A DNA stretch of 64,000 nucleotides from an uncultured virus (IMG/VR IMGVR_UViG_3300020182_000024) (lineage: Duplodnaviria > Heunggongvirae > Uroviricota > Caudoviricetes): the IMG/VR virus record IMGVR_UViG_3300020182_000024. One strand, 5' to 3'. Made by a program: the position numbers and the translations under genes. Shown here piece after piece: positions 1 through 7,976 of this stretch. The notes beneath the pieces were generated by a model. The model searched no databases, was not told where the DNA came from, and was given only the letters and a program-made list of their open reading frames with translations. How positions within the stretch are numbered: the first letter of the stretch is position 1; each line of letters opens with the position of its first letter.

Positions 1-56
1 AGCTTATATCTCCGTAACTTAGGTTACATAACTATGCCTGATAATTGAAATAACAT

Positions 57-85
57 TTGACCACTAAGTTATAAAGGTGTATCAT
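57..85 (+). promoter_or_regulatory. sigma70-type promoter
   Basis: TTGACC-17 nt-TATCAT upstream of cassette array A. Confidence 0.6.
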
Positions 86-219
86 AGCATACATAACAAT
101 AAGAGAGATTACTATGATGGAATAGTATTTTACTTATAATCTAATAGGTTATAAAGTTTACTACTGTATTCTATCACGGTAAGTCCTCTTGATTCTGAGT
201 GCCTGTAAGAAAAGTAAAT

Positions 220-378
220 ATGTGGAGTGGGGATGTGTTCTATTTAAAATTAAAGCAGCTTGTGCGTGATGCGGATAAATATACACCTCAAGAAATATCA
301 AACGCACTTAGCAGACTAAAAGAAGTGGCTGACCACCAGCAGTGGGAGCTAACAATGTCTAAAATGGGTGTCTCATGA
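220..378 (+). CDS. small hypothetical protein (52 aa, below ORF-track cutoff)
   Basis: Hand translation MWSGDVFYLKLKQLVRDADKYTPQE...KMGVS; TGA stop lies in the left core of attC-like site A1. Confidence 0.55.
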   Translation: MWSGDVFYLKLKQLVRDADKYTPQEISNALSRLKEVADHQQWELTMSKMGVS

Positions 379-444
379 CCTATATGTAAACTGAGAGGAA
401 CGAAGAATGAGTGACGAGTCAAGTTTGACACCGTTGTTATGTTT
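374..444 (-). mobile_element. attC-like site A1 (left core degenerate, GAC)
   Basis: CATGAC-5nt-TGTAAACT ... AGTTT[G]ACA-5nt-GTTATGTTT; imperfect inverted repeat with an extra G in the right arm. Confidence 0.7.
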
Positions 445-589
445 GCCAACTTTTCAGGCTGCTAGAAGGGCTTGCGGACTTTTTGAGAGGGAGTATATCG
501 GGCAGAACAAGAAAGAACTTTGGGAGTGGGCTGTAAAAACTTCACTGAAAGAGCGTGAGAAAATTGAGCGAGATTTACAGAAAACATAA
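407..589 (+). CDS. cassette-borne hypothetical protein
   Basis: ORF starts inside site A1; bounded by GTTATGTTT (436) and its reverse complement AAACATAAC (582). Confidence 0.7.
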   Translation: MSDESSLTPLLCLPTFQAARRACGLFEREYIGQNKKELWEWAVKTSLKEREKIERDLQKT

Positions 590-669
590 CCTTATTTTTA
601 GCTGCGGCGGTACGCAGCATGAAGTAAAGCAGTTTTATAACCGTCTGCTATAAAATGGTTGTTATGTGT
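582..669 (-). mobile_element. attC-like site A2
   Basis: AAACATAAC ... ATTTTTAGCTGCGG ... CCG[T]CTGCTA[T]AAAAT ... GTTATGTGT hairpin with two extra bases in the right arm. Confidence 0.8.
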
Positions 670-682
670 TTTTTAATTAAGG

Positions 683-880
683 GTGGTAAATATTATGGCG
701 GATAATTGGTTAAGTGTTGAGGATAGTTTACCAGATGACGGTAATTACGAAGTTAAAGTGGTAAATAACGGCAAGGAATTGGTAGCAAAAAGGAGATTGA
801 TTAAAGGGCATTGGTTTGGTGGTTGTAGACCATTTACGGATGGCGAGAAAGTAACGCACTACAAAGCTACTGACACATAA
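683..880 (+). CDS. cassette-borne DUF551-like small protein
   Basis: WLSVEDSLP...VTHY pattern; bounded by GTTATGTGT (661) / ACACATAAC (873). Confidence 0.7.
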   Translation: MVNIMADNWLSVEDSLPDDGNYEVKVVNNGKELVAKRRLIKGHWFGGCRPFTDGEKVTHYKATDT

Positions 881-953
881 CCTAATTGTATGCGGCTACC
901 GAAGCAGCGCGTAGGTAGTCCGAGCGAAGCGACATGACATAGTTGTTATGTGT
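873..953 (-). mobile_element. attC-like site A3
   Basis: ACACATAAC-5nt-TGTATG..GGCTACC..GGTAG[T]CC..GCGAAGC..CAT[G]ACA-5nt-GTTATGTGT. Confidence 0.85.
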
Positions 954-973
954 GAATTACGGGAGATAGAAAG

Positions 974-1204
974 ATGAGTGAAAGAGTTGGAACGCTAAAG
1001 AGCTATGTAGAAGCACCAAAGTGGGCAGCATTTCCAAAGTTTTTAAAAAATACCTGTTTTATGTATGACCTTAAAGTTATCTATATGGATATAGACAAAG
1101 GCTGGATACGTGAAACTGTAAGATTCAAAGTGGAAGGCGGCGAGTCTAATTTACGCAGACTGCAAAAAGCCATAGATATTGGCGTGGAAGAGTACAACAC
1201 ATAA
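974..1204 (+). CDS. cassette-borne hypothetical protein
   Basis: RBS GGAG; bounded by GTTATGTGT (945) / ACACATAAC (1197). Confidence 0.75.
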   Translation: MSERVGTLKSYVEAPKWAAFPKFLKNTCFMYDLKVIYMDIDKGWIRETVRFKVEGGESNLRRLQKAIDIGVEEYNT

Positions 1205-1317
1205 CACTGTAATTATACGTCGTTATTTTGTGTCAGCTTGACGTATAATTACAAAATCATCTTAACAAATACAGTAATAATCAATGGCTTACATAAACAG
1301 ACGTGTTTAATTGCGTC
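1201..1317 (-). mobile_element. attI-like array-terminal site, copy 1
   Basis: Near-identical inverted copy at 21173-21288; 13-bp inverted repeat GTAATTATACGTC/GACGTATAATTAC; IHF consensus AATCAAtggcTTA at 1279-1291; distal GACGTGTTTAATTGCGTC. Confidence 0.65.
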
Positions 1318-1350
1318 CATTATAATTTAACCTAAACGTAAGGAGTTTTT

Positions 1351-1626
1351 ATGAGTAATACTAAAGATCCAGTAGAAATAGCTCACAATGAATATCACAA
1401 CTCCTTAGTGGATATAACTCAAGAAATGATTGATAGTGAATATGAGAACTTTCTTTCTAAATTAGATAATAAAGATAATGATAGTGAAGTATTGGTGATA
1501 GATTCAGTTGTGCAGTATAATGAGCATATTAATAACATCCTCTTAGCACAAAGTGAACAAGAAATACTAGATTCTGTAAGAGAGTTTAGAGATATGATTA
1601 AGACTAATGTAGTGGGAGAGTTGTAA
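1351..1626 (+). CDS. hypothetical protein
   Basis: ORF with AGGAG RBS. Confidence 0.75.
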   Translation: MSNTKDPVEIAHNEYHNSLVDITQEMIDSEYENFLSKLDNKDNDSEVLVIDSVVQYNEHINNILLAQSEQEILDSVREFRDMIKTNVVGEL

Positions 1627-2198
1627 TGAAAAAGGCAGATTATATAGCACTTGCTGTTGATTTAGAAAAACATAAAGATTTAATAGAAGCAGATTATGAT
1701 ATAAACTGTTTAAGATCAGTTAAAGATAAGATATTCAAGTTTGAGCTTATTGAAGATTATGGCTGGGTAATACCTGAACATGTCAATGTAAATCCTTATT
1801 GGTTTAGTATTAACAATGAAGTAAGGGCTGGTACTTATGGAGGAGATACTAACAGGTCAATATCTTGGGAAGATGATGGTAAAGATCCTCTAGGAGAGTT
1901 TCTGTTGGTTGTTGGTTTCTCAACAGGTGCATACTTCTTTGGGGAGGCTTATGACACTGAGTTTTTTAAGAGATTCTTCTTAGAGTTAGAGAGATACAAA
2001 CCTAAATTTAAAGATAGTCACAATCATGTACTGTACTTCTCTAAAGATGAAGCCGGAGTTTTACTTCAAGACTATGACAATATAGTAAGTAAGTATAGAA
2101 AGCTTTACAGAGAAGAGGGGGATAAACGAAGAGCTAAGGTTTTACGAGAAGAGTTAAGAAAACTGGAGAGTAGTGATGTCTCAAGTAGTCACAGATGA
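1626..2198 (+). CDS. hypothetical phage protein
   Basis: 190-aa ORF coupled to the upstream gene. Confidence 0.8.
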   Translation: MKKADYIALAVDLEKHKDLIEADYDINCLRSVKDKIFKFELIEDYGWVIPEHVNVNPYWFSINNEVRAGTYGGDTNRSISWEDDGKDPLGEFLLVVGFSTGAYFFGEAYDTEFFKRFFLELERYKPKFKDSHNHVLYFSKDEAGVLLQDYDNIVSKYRKLYREEGDKRRAKVLREELRKLESSDVSSSHR

Positions 2199-2472
2199 AT
2201 ACTTAGCAACAGCTCTCCGGCAAGCCGCTAATAAGTTAGATAAGCAACGACTAGAGATAGAAGCTTTAAAGGGTAATACTAATCCTCTAAAGGAAGATAT
2301 AACGATATATGATTTTATCCCTCTTATACGTAAATCTAAAACTAATGAACAGTTGAAGTTAATAGTTGATCTGATAGATAATTTACATAGAACAGATAAC
2401 AGTTTAATAGTAGAAGAAGATTGGCTATTATTGACGAGGTTAGTGCAGGGTAATAAACATAAGGAGGATTAA
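2173..2472 (+). CDS. hypothetical protein
   Basis: ORF in operon. Confidence 0.7.
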   Translation: MMSQVVTDEYLATALRQAANKLDKQRLEIEALKGNTNPLKEDITIYDFIPLIRKSKTNEQLKLIVDLIDNLHRTDNSLIVEEDWLLLTRLVQGNKHKED

Positions 2473-2475
2473 TAA

Positions 2476-3003
2476 GTGATAGTAGAGAAAGCAAAAAGAT
2501 TTGCTAGGCAAAAACACTCAGAGATTAATCATCTAAGAAGGTATACTGATCTTCCATACATAACACACCCAGCGGTAGTTGTTAGTATATTAAAAACTAT
2601 CCATCACACAGATGATATGTTAGCAGCAGCGTGGTTACACGATACTGTAGAAGATACTGACACTACTCTAGACGAGATATATTTAAATTTTAATGATGAG
2701 ATAGGTGATCTGGTAGAAATGCTTACGGATGTTAGTAAGCCAAGTGCTGGTAATAGGGAGATTAGGAAGGCTTTAGACCGTGAACATATAACTAAGGCAT
2801 CCTCAGAAGCAAAGACTATAAAACTAGCAGATTTAATAGATAACTCTGAAAGTATCATCCAACATGATCCTAAATTTGCTAAAGTTTATATGAAAGAGAA
2901 AGCACTTTTATTAGAAGTGTTGAAAGAAGGAGATAAGCAGCTTTGGTTACTAGCTAAGGCTATAGTAGATAAATATTTTAATAATAAGGAATTAAAGTGG
3001 TAA
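2476..3003 (+). CDS. HD-domain hydrolase, SpoT/MESH1-like
   Basis: R-x-Y..PYITHP, AAWLHDTVEDT and IKLADLIDN motifs. Confidence 0.85.
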   Translation: MIVEKAKRFARQKHSEINHLRRYTDLPYITHPAVVVSILKTIHHTDDMLAAAWLHDTVEDTDTTLDEIYLNFNDEIGDLVEMLTDVSKPSAGNREIRKALDREHITKASSEAKTIKLADLIDNSESIIQHDPKFAKVYMKEKALLLEVLKEGDKQLWLLAKAIVDKYFNNKELKW

Positions 3004-4004
3004 ATAAAGTAAAATGTCAAACACCAAAATCTACACCAACGTATGATTATCCAGCAGCTATTGAGGCTGTAGAGGCACAACATGATATATTCTGGCTACC
3101 TACAGAACCCAAAGTAGAGAAGGATTTACATTGTATTAAAACAGAGTTAACACCAGCAGAGTACCATGGAGTAATAACTACATTAAAATTATTCACATTA
3201 TATGAGCAAATTGCAGGTGACGAGTACTGGGGAGGTAGATTCAAACGTATGTTCCCCCGTCCAGATTTCAAAAGGATGGCATCTGCATTCGCTAATGTAG
3301 AGTTGAATGTACACGCACCTTTTTATCAACGAGTGGATGAGATATTAGGTTTAAATTCGGATGAGTTTTATAATAGTTTTACAGACGATGGAGTATTGAA
3401 ATCTCGTATGAATTTCCTAGATAATTGTGTGAGTGATAAGGATGATTTATTCTCAGTAGGTACATTCAGTATGATAGAGGGGTGTATTCTATACTCTAGT
3501 TTCTCATTCTTAATGCACTTTCAAGCGGAAGGTAAAAATAAAATACCTAATATACATTCAGGACTAACCTTCTCCACTAAAGATGAAAACTTACATTCAG
3601 AAGGAGGAGCTTGGGCATTTAGAACGCTACTTCAAGAAAAGAGAGATGCTAATCTAATAACAGATAAAGAAATAGAAATACTCAATAGTAGATTATATGA
3701 AGCGGCTAAAGCCATCTATGAACATGAGTGCCATATAATTGATATGGTATTCTCTAAAGGTAATATAAAAGGAATAACAGAGACACAAATGAAGAATTTT
3801 ATGCAAAGTAGGTTAGATTTAGTATTAGAGACTTTAGGGCTTAATAAAATGTATTCTCCTACGTATAATCCCATATCAAAATGGTTTTATAAGATGATAG
3901 GGAGTGATTCTCAACATGATTTTTTTGCAAAATTAGGATCTTCCTATAATCGTAACTGGTCTGAGTCTGGATTCTCTTGGAAGGTAGGTGGTTTAAATGG
4001 ATAA
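2997..4004 (+). CDS. nrdB: ribonucleotide reductase class I beta subunit
   Basis: FWLPTE, ELNVHAPFY, EGCILYSSF, DENLH, DFF motifs. Confidence 0.93.
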   Translation: MVNKVKCQTPKSTPTYDYPAAIEAVEAQHDIFWLPTEPKVEKDLHCIKTELTPAEYHGVITTLKLFTLYEQIAGDEYWGGRFKRMFPRPDFKRMASAFANVELNVHAPFYQRVDEILGLNSDEFYNSFTDDGVLKSRMNFLDNCVSDKDDLFSVGTFSMIEGCILYSSFSFLMHFQAEGKNKIPNIHSGLTFSTKDENLHSEGGAWAFRTLLQEKRDANLITDKEIEILNSRLYEAAKAIYEHECHIIDMVFSKGNIKGITETQMKNFMQSRLDLVLETLGLNKMYSPTYNPISKWFYKMIGSDSQHDFFAKLGSSYNRNWSESGFSWKVGGLNG

Positions 4005-5700
4005 CGATTTAAGTATTTTCGAGGAATTATCAGTAGAACGTAAGAGATTACAAAAAGAAGGTAAACTTCCAGAGTTCTTTACTACTATGGGTTGGCAGGT
4101 GTTTAAGAGTAAGTATCTACATGATGCTACTACTTACGAAGAGCAAATTGATCGTATTGTGAATACAGTATCTAATTATTGCCCTACTAAAAAGGCGTAC
4201 TTTAAGAAACGCTGGAAAGATATGCTAATGAATAATCATGCTTATCTGGCAACACCTACTTTAGCTAATACGGGTACTAATAGAGGTTTAAGTGTAAGCT
4301 GCTCTGGTGGTGAAATTACAGATGATATATATGGTTTTGGAGATGCTAGGACAGAGTGTAGTGTACTATCTCAAGAAGGTTTTGGTACAAGTTCTAATCT
4401 AGGCTCTATCAGAGAAAGGGGTTCTCCTATTTCAAGAGGAGGTAAAGCTAACGGAGTGTTGCCTGTATTTGAAGATATGGTTAAGATGGCAGAAAATGTA
4501 AGTCAAGGTGGGACTAGACGGGGGGCTTGGGCTGGATACTTACCACTAGAGCATGGAGATTTCTGGGAGGTAGCTGATTTTGTTAAGAATAATCCAGAAG
4601 GTGCTAATGTAGGTTGGAATATATATGATAGTACAATCAAAAAATTAAATCAAGGTGATACAGACATACAGGCACGTTACCAACGATCATTACTGGTGAA
4701 GTGCATACATGGCAAGGGATATTATTACTTCCCAGATAAGGTGAATAGGGCTTCCCCTCAGATGTATAAAGATTTAGGGTTAAAAAGTTTAGCTTCGAAT
4801 TTATGTACGGAAATAACATTACATGCAGACAAAGATCATTCATATTCTTGTGTATTATCTGGAATGGTAGGTACAACGTGGGATGAATGGAAAGACACAG
4901 ATGCAGTTTATTGTATGACTGTATTCTTAGATTGTTTAATAAGCGAGTTCCTATCTCTAGCTAAAGATATTAGAGGATTGGAGAAGATAGTAAGAGGTAC
5001 GGAGAAAGGTAGAGCACTTGGCTTAGGTTTTAGTGGGCTGCATTCTTTATTCCAGAAAAAGAGTTTACCTTTCGGTTGCTTAGAGGCTCACTTTTTAAAT
5101 AATGAAATATTCAGTCATTTACAAGAAGAATCCCTAAAGGCATCTCAGTGGATGGCTAAAGAGTGGGGAGAACCTGAATGGTGTGAAGGCTATGGTGTCA
5201 GAAATACACACAGAACTGCATTAGCTCCTAACGTAAGCAGTTCTGTTATTTTTGGAAGCGAGTCTCAGGGGTGTACTCCTTGGTATGGAAATGTTTACTC
5301 AGAGGGTTCTGCATCTGGATCTTTATTCAGAGTTAACCCTTTATTCATAGAATTATTAAAGAAGTATAATAAGTATGATGAAGATACTTTACAATTAGTA
5401 TTAAATGATAATGGGAGTTGCCAAAAATTAGACTTCTTAACTGAGCATGAAAAAGATGTATTTAAAACTGCATTTGAGATCAACCAAAAGGATATACTGA
5501 GGCTTGTATCAACAAGACAACCTAAGATTTGTCAAGCACAGTCTACCAATTTGTTCATAGATGCAGATGAAGATGAAGCTTACATATCAGAAATACATCA
5601 AGAAGCTTTCGAAGATGAAAATATACATAGTCTGTACTACCTTAGAGGCAGGGCTGGTGTTACAGCATCTAAAGGTGGTTGTAGTGCTTGTGAAAGTTAG
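3997..5700 (+). CDS. nrdA: ribonucleotide reductase class I alpha subunit
   Basis: TPTLAN, VSC, QGGTRRGA, SNLCTEI, APNVSSS, SLYY and C-terminal CSACES. Confidence 0.95.
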   Translation: MDNDLSIFEELSVERKRLQKEGKLPEFFTTMGWQVFKSKYLHDATTYEEQIDRIVNTVSNYCPTKKAYFKKRWKDMLMNNHAYLATPTLANTGTNRGLSVSCSGGEITDDIYGFGDARTECSVLSQEGFGTSSNLGSIRERGSPISRGGKANGVLPVFEDMVKMAENVSQGGTRRGAWAGYLPLEHGDFWEVADFVKNNPEGANVGWNIYDSTIKKLNQGDTDIQARYQRSLLVKCIHGKGYYYFPDKVNRASPQMYKDLGLKSLASNLCTEITLHADKDHSYSCVLSGMVGTTWDEWKDTDAVYCMTVFLDCLISEFLSLAKDIRGLEKIVRGTEKGRALGLGFSGLHSLFQKKSLPFGCLEAHFLNNEIFSHLQEESLKASQWMAKEWGEPEWCEGYGVRNTHRTALAPNVSSSVIFGSESQGCTPWYGNVYSEGSASGSLFRVNPLFIELLKKYNKYDEDTLQLVLNDNGSCQKLDFLTEHEKDVFKTAFEINQKDILRLVSTRQPKICQAQSTNLFIDADEDEAYISEIHQEAFEDENIHSLYYLRGRAGVTASKGGCSACES

Positions 5701-5729
5701 TTGACTTCTAAATACAATCATGGTAACGT
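5701..5729 (+). promoter_or_regulatory. sigma70-type promoter
   Basis: TTGACT-17 nt-TAACGT. Confidence 0.5.
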
Positions 5730-5871
5730 ATAAACGTTAAAAGAATAAACATAATAGTTCCGTAAGGATAATAAATAAACATAGTAGATTCGCAGTAGAC
5801 TATTATGTTCTAACTAAGTAAAGTAAAGTGTTGCAACTAAACAATATATTAAGTATTAATGGGAGATAATT

Positions 5872-6219
5872 ATGAAGCAATTATTAATAAATATACTAAT
5901 CTATACAATTATTATAGCAGGAGTATATACGAAAGAGTTAGCAGGAGTAGATTATTTATCTAATCTAGGTATAGTACTAGCTTGGTTTTTAATAGTGGCT
6001 GGAATCACAGGATTATTCTTCCCCCTTGAGAAACTACATAAAACTGAAAACACATTAACTAATAGCATAATTACAAAGACATTATGTTACAGTTCTTGTA
6101 TATTTATGATAGTAATGGGTTGGATAATCACAGGAGTTTGTTTGCTGCTAGTTTCTGCACTATTACATACAAAACAGGTTGAATATAAGAAGGGATTAAA
6201 TAATGACACCACAACATAA
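5872..6219 (+). CDS. membrane protein
   Basis: Several hydrophobic segments. Confidence 0.75.
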   Translation: MKQLLINILIYTIIIAGVYTKELAGVDYLSNLGIVLAWFLIVAGITGLFFPLEKLHKTENTLTNSIITKTLCYSSCIFMIVMGWIITGVCLLLVSALLHTKQVEYKKGLNNDTTT

Positions 6220-6595
6220 AATCAAATGGGCTATACTTGAAATAGCTTATAAATGGGAGGATAAGACACTTCCTAGTAATCTCACAGAAGATTTAATAGA
6301 TGAGTTATATGAAGACAAGGAGTACAACGATTATATCAATGAGGCTGAAAATGAATTAAGATCTGGTCAATGGAAAACTGAGATACCTGAAAGTGAATAT
6401 TCTTGTCACTATGAATGTCAATCTGTAGCTGCACAAATGCCGGATAGTAGTTATGTAGGATGGTTATACTGGACAGGCGGAGGTAAGCATGGAGAACCAG
6501 AAAGTATAGATTGGATTTCAGATGCTTACGAAGTAGATTGTGTAGAAGAAGAGAAAATGGTAATTGTTAGGAAGTTTAGTATAGGTGGTAAATAA
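6203..6595 (+). CDS. hypothetical phage protein
   Basis: ORF with YVGWLYWTGGGKHGEPE motif. Confidence 0.8.
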   Translation: MTPQHKIKWAILEIAYKWEDKTLPSNLTEDLIDELYEDKEYNDYINEAENELRSGQWKTEIPESEYSCHYECQSVAAQMPDSSYVGWLYWTGGGKHGEPESIDWISDAYEVDCVEEEKMVIVRKFSIGGK

Positions 6596-6715
6596 TGTAT
6601 AATTACGATGAAAATAAAGTAAATAGTTTATTAGATGAATTAGAAGTTATTACTAATAGGATTAAAGAAACTTGCAAACATATTACAACTACTTTAGCAT
6701 ATAAGAGGTTAAATA

Positions 6716-7147
6716 ATGTATAAACTAAGTAAACGTTCTATATCAAACTTAGAGGGCGTACATCCTGATTTAATAGCTGTGATAGAACGCGCTATCCAGA
6801 TTACACCTATAGATTTTGGTGTTAGTGAAGGTGTACGTACAATAGAACGTCAGAGACAGTTAGTCGCAGAAGGTAAGTCTACTACTATGGATAGTAAGCA
6901 TATTCCTACACACTTTGAGATAACTAATCAAGACTTTACATATTTAAGTGGTAAGTATGGAGCTGCTGTAGATCTATTTGTATTGGTAGATGGCAAGGTA
7001 ACATGGGAGCATAAACACTTCCGTAAGGCTATACAGGCTGTGTTCACAGCAGCTATTGAGCTAGGTGTTCAAGTAGAAGCTGGGGCATTATGGCGTGACT
7101 TCTTAGACTCTCCACATATACAGTTGAATATGAAATATTATGAATAA
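6716..7147 (+). CDS. endolysin, peptidase M15 (L-Ala-D-Glu peptidase type)
   Basis: LSKRS..L.GVHPDL, EGVRT..RQ, SKH, AVD, DSPHIQL. Confidence 0.88.
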   Translation: MYKLSKRSISNLEGVHPDLIAVIERAIQITPIDFGVSEGVRTIERQRQLVAEGKSTTMDSKHIPTHFEITNQDFTYLSGKYGAAVDLFVLVDGKVTWEHKHFRKAIQAVFTAAIELGVQVEAGALWRDFLDSPHIQLNMKYYE

Positions 7148-7234
7148 ATATAAGATAGCTAAACCATCAGGTTGTCCTTCTATTTAAGAAAATACTAAAG
7201 GTAATTAAAAGATAAATAAATATATAAAATAGTG

Positions 7235-7263
7235 TTGATATAGAGCAGCAAGTGTGATACTAT
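7235..7263 (+). promoter_or_regulatory. sigma70-type promoter directly upstream of attC-like site B1
   Basis: TTGATA-17 nt-TACTAT with extended -10 TG. Confidence 0.65.
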
Positions 7264-7272
7264 GGTTTTAAG

Positions 7273-7341
7273 AAATAACGTTGGTAACACAGGCAACTAA
7301 AGCGAAGCGGAAGTTGTCCTTGTGTTTACCCTTGTTATAAA
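7273..7341 (-). mobile_element. attC-like site B1
   Basis: AAATAAC..GGTAACACAGGCAACT..GCGAAGC..AGTTG[T]CCT[T]GTGTT[T]ACC..GTTATAAA. Confidence 0.8.
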
Positions 7342-7372
7342 TTTTAAATTAAATTAATTAAATTAAAGGTGA

Positions 7373-7681
7373 ATGAATATGGATGATAAACAATTATGGT
7401 TTTGTCCACACACAGGATATACAATCTCTAATGCACAAACGCAACAATACTTAAATAGTGATGATCCTGTTTATATCGAAAGAGCGGAATCCTACTTACC
7501 ATTTTCAACAATAGAAATTCTTAACATTTACATGGACATCTTACGTCAATATAAAGAAGAGTTTGGACACACTATAAGGACTAAATTTATTACTGAGTCT
7601 TACACTGCTGCCAGTAAAGGTGAAATACATCAAGCGTTTCTGGAATCTGGACTTTCTTGTTTATTTCCTCTAAGACACTAA
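7373..7681 (+). CDS. cassette-borne hypothetical protein
   Basis: ORF with AAGGTG RBS between sites B1 and B2. Confidence 0.6.
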   Translation: MNMDDKQLWFCPHTGYTISNAQTQQYLNSDDPVYIERAESYLPFSTIEILNIYMDILRQYKEEFGHTIRTKFITESYTAASKGEIHQAFLESGLSCLFPLRH

Positions 7682-7859
7682 GACAATTTTTAAATTTACC
7701 TTCTACGTAGTTGTTATAATAAGGCTCATTATGACCAGCTGTTAGGAAATGACCATCTAACACATGATCTATACCCTCGACTAGTTTAGCAGCTGGAGTA
7801 TTAGATATTTCTTTTTCAAGTGTCCTTATAATAGTATCAGCGGCAGCTTTAGTAGTCAT
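7590..7859 (-). CDS. cassette-borne hypothetical protein (convergent)
   Basis: GGAGG RBS; overlaps the 3' end of 7373-7681. Confidence 0.6.
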   Translation of the reverse strand: MTTKAAADTIIRTLEKEISNTPAAKLVEGIDHVLDGHFLTAGHNEPYYNNYVEGKFKNCLSVLEEINKKVQIPETLDVFHLYWQQCKTQ

Positions 7860-7915
7860 ATTCCCTCCAAGGGATTATTAAAAGTAGTAAATAGTATCAC
7901 ATCTTACGATGTGGG

Positions 7916-7976
7916 TTTATAACGTTGTAATTAGCGGCTGCGCTTTTTGTAGTCCGCTTGATTTTAATTGTTATGT
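7916..7976 (-). mobile_element. attC-like site B2
   Basis: TTTATAAC..AATTAGCGGCTGC..GTAG[T]CCGCTT[G]ATT..GTTATGT; left core complements the B1 right core GTTATAAA. Confidence 0.8.

Noticed and set aside
582..953. Hairpins as ordinary intrinsic terminators
   Set aside because: Fixed AAC/GTT cores, 5-nt spacers, one-sided bulges and gene-specific core complementarity are not explained by termination.
374..1317. CRISPR array reading of the repeated ACATAAC/GTTATGT words
   Set aside because: Units are whole genes of 150-260 bp, and the separators are variable hairpins rather than identical direct repeats; no cas genes.
5745..5810. Ribozyme or riboswitch in the leader after nrdA
   Set aside because: Only a weak ACATAATAGT/ACTATTATGT stem; no recognisable catalytic or aptamer core.
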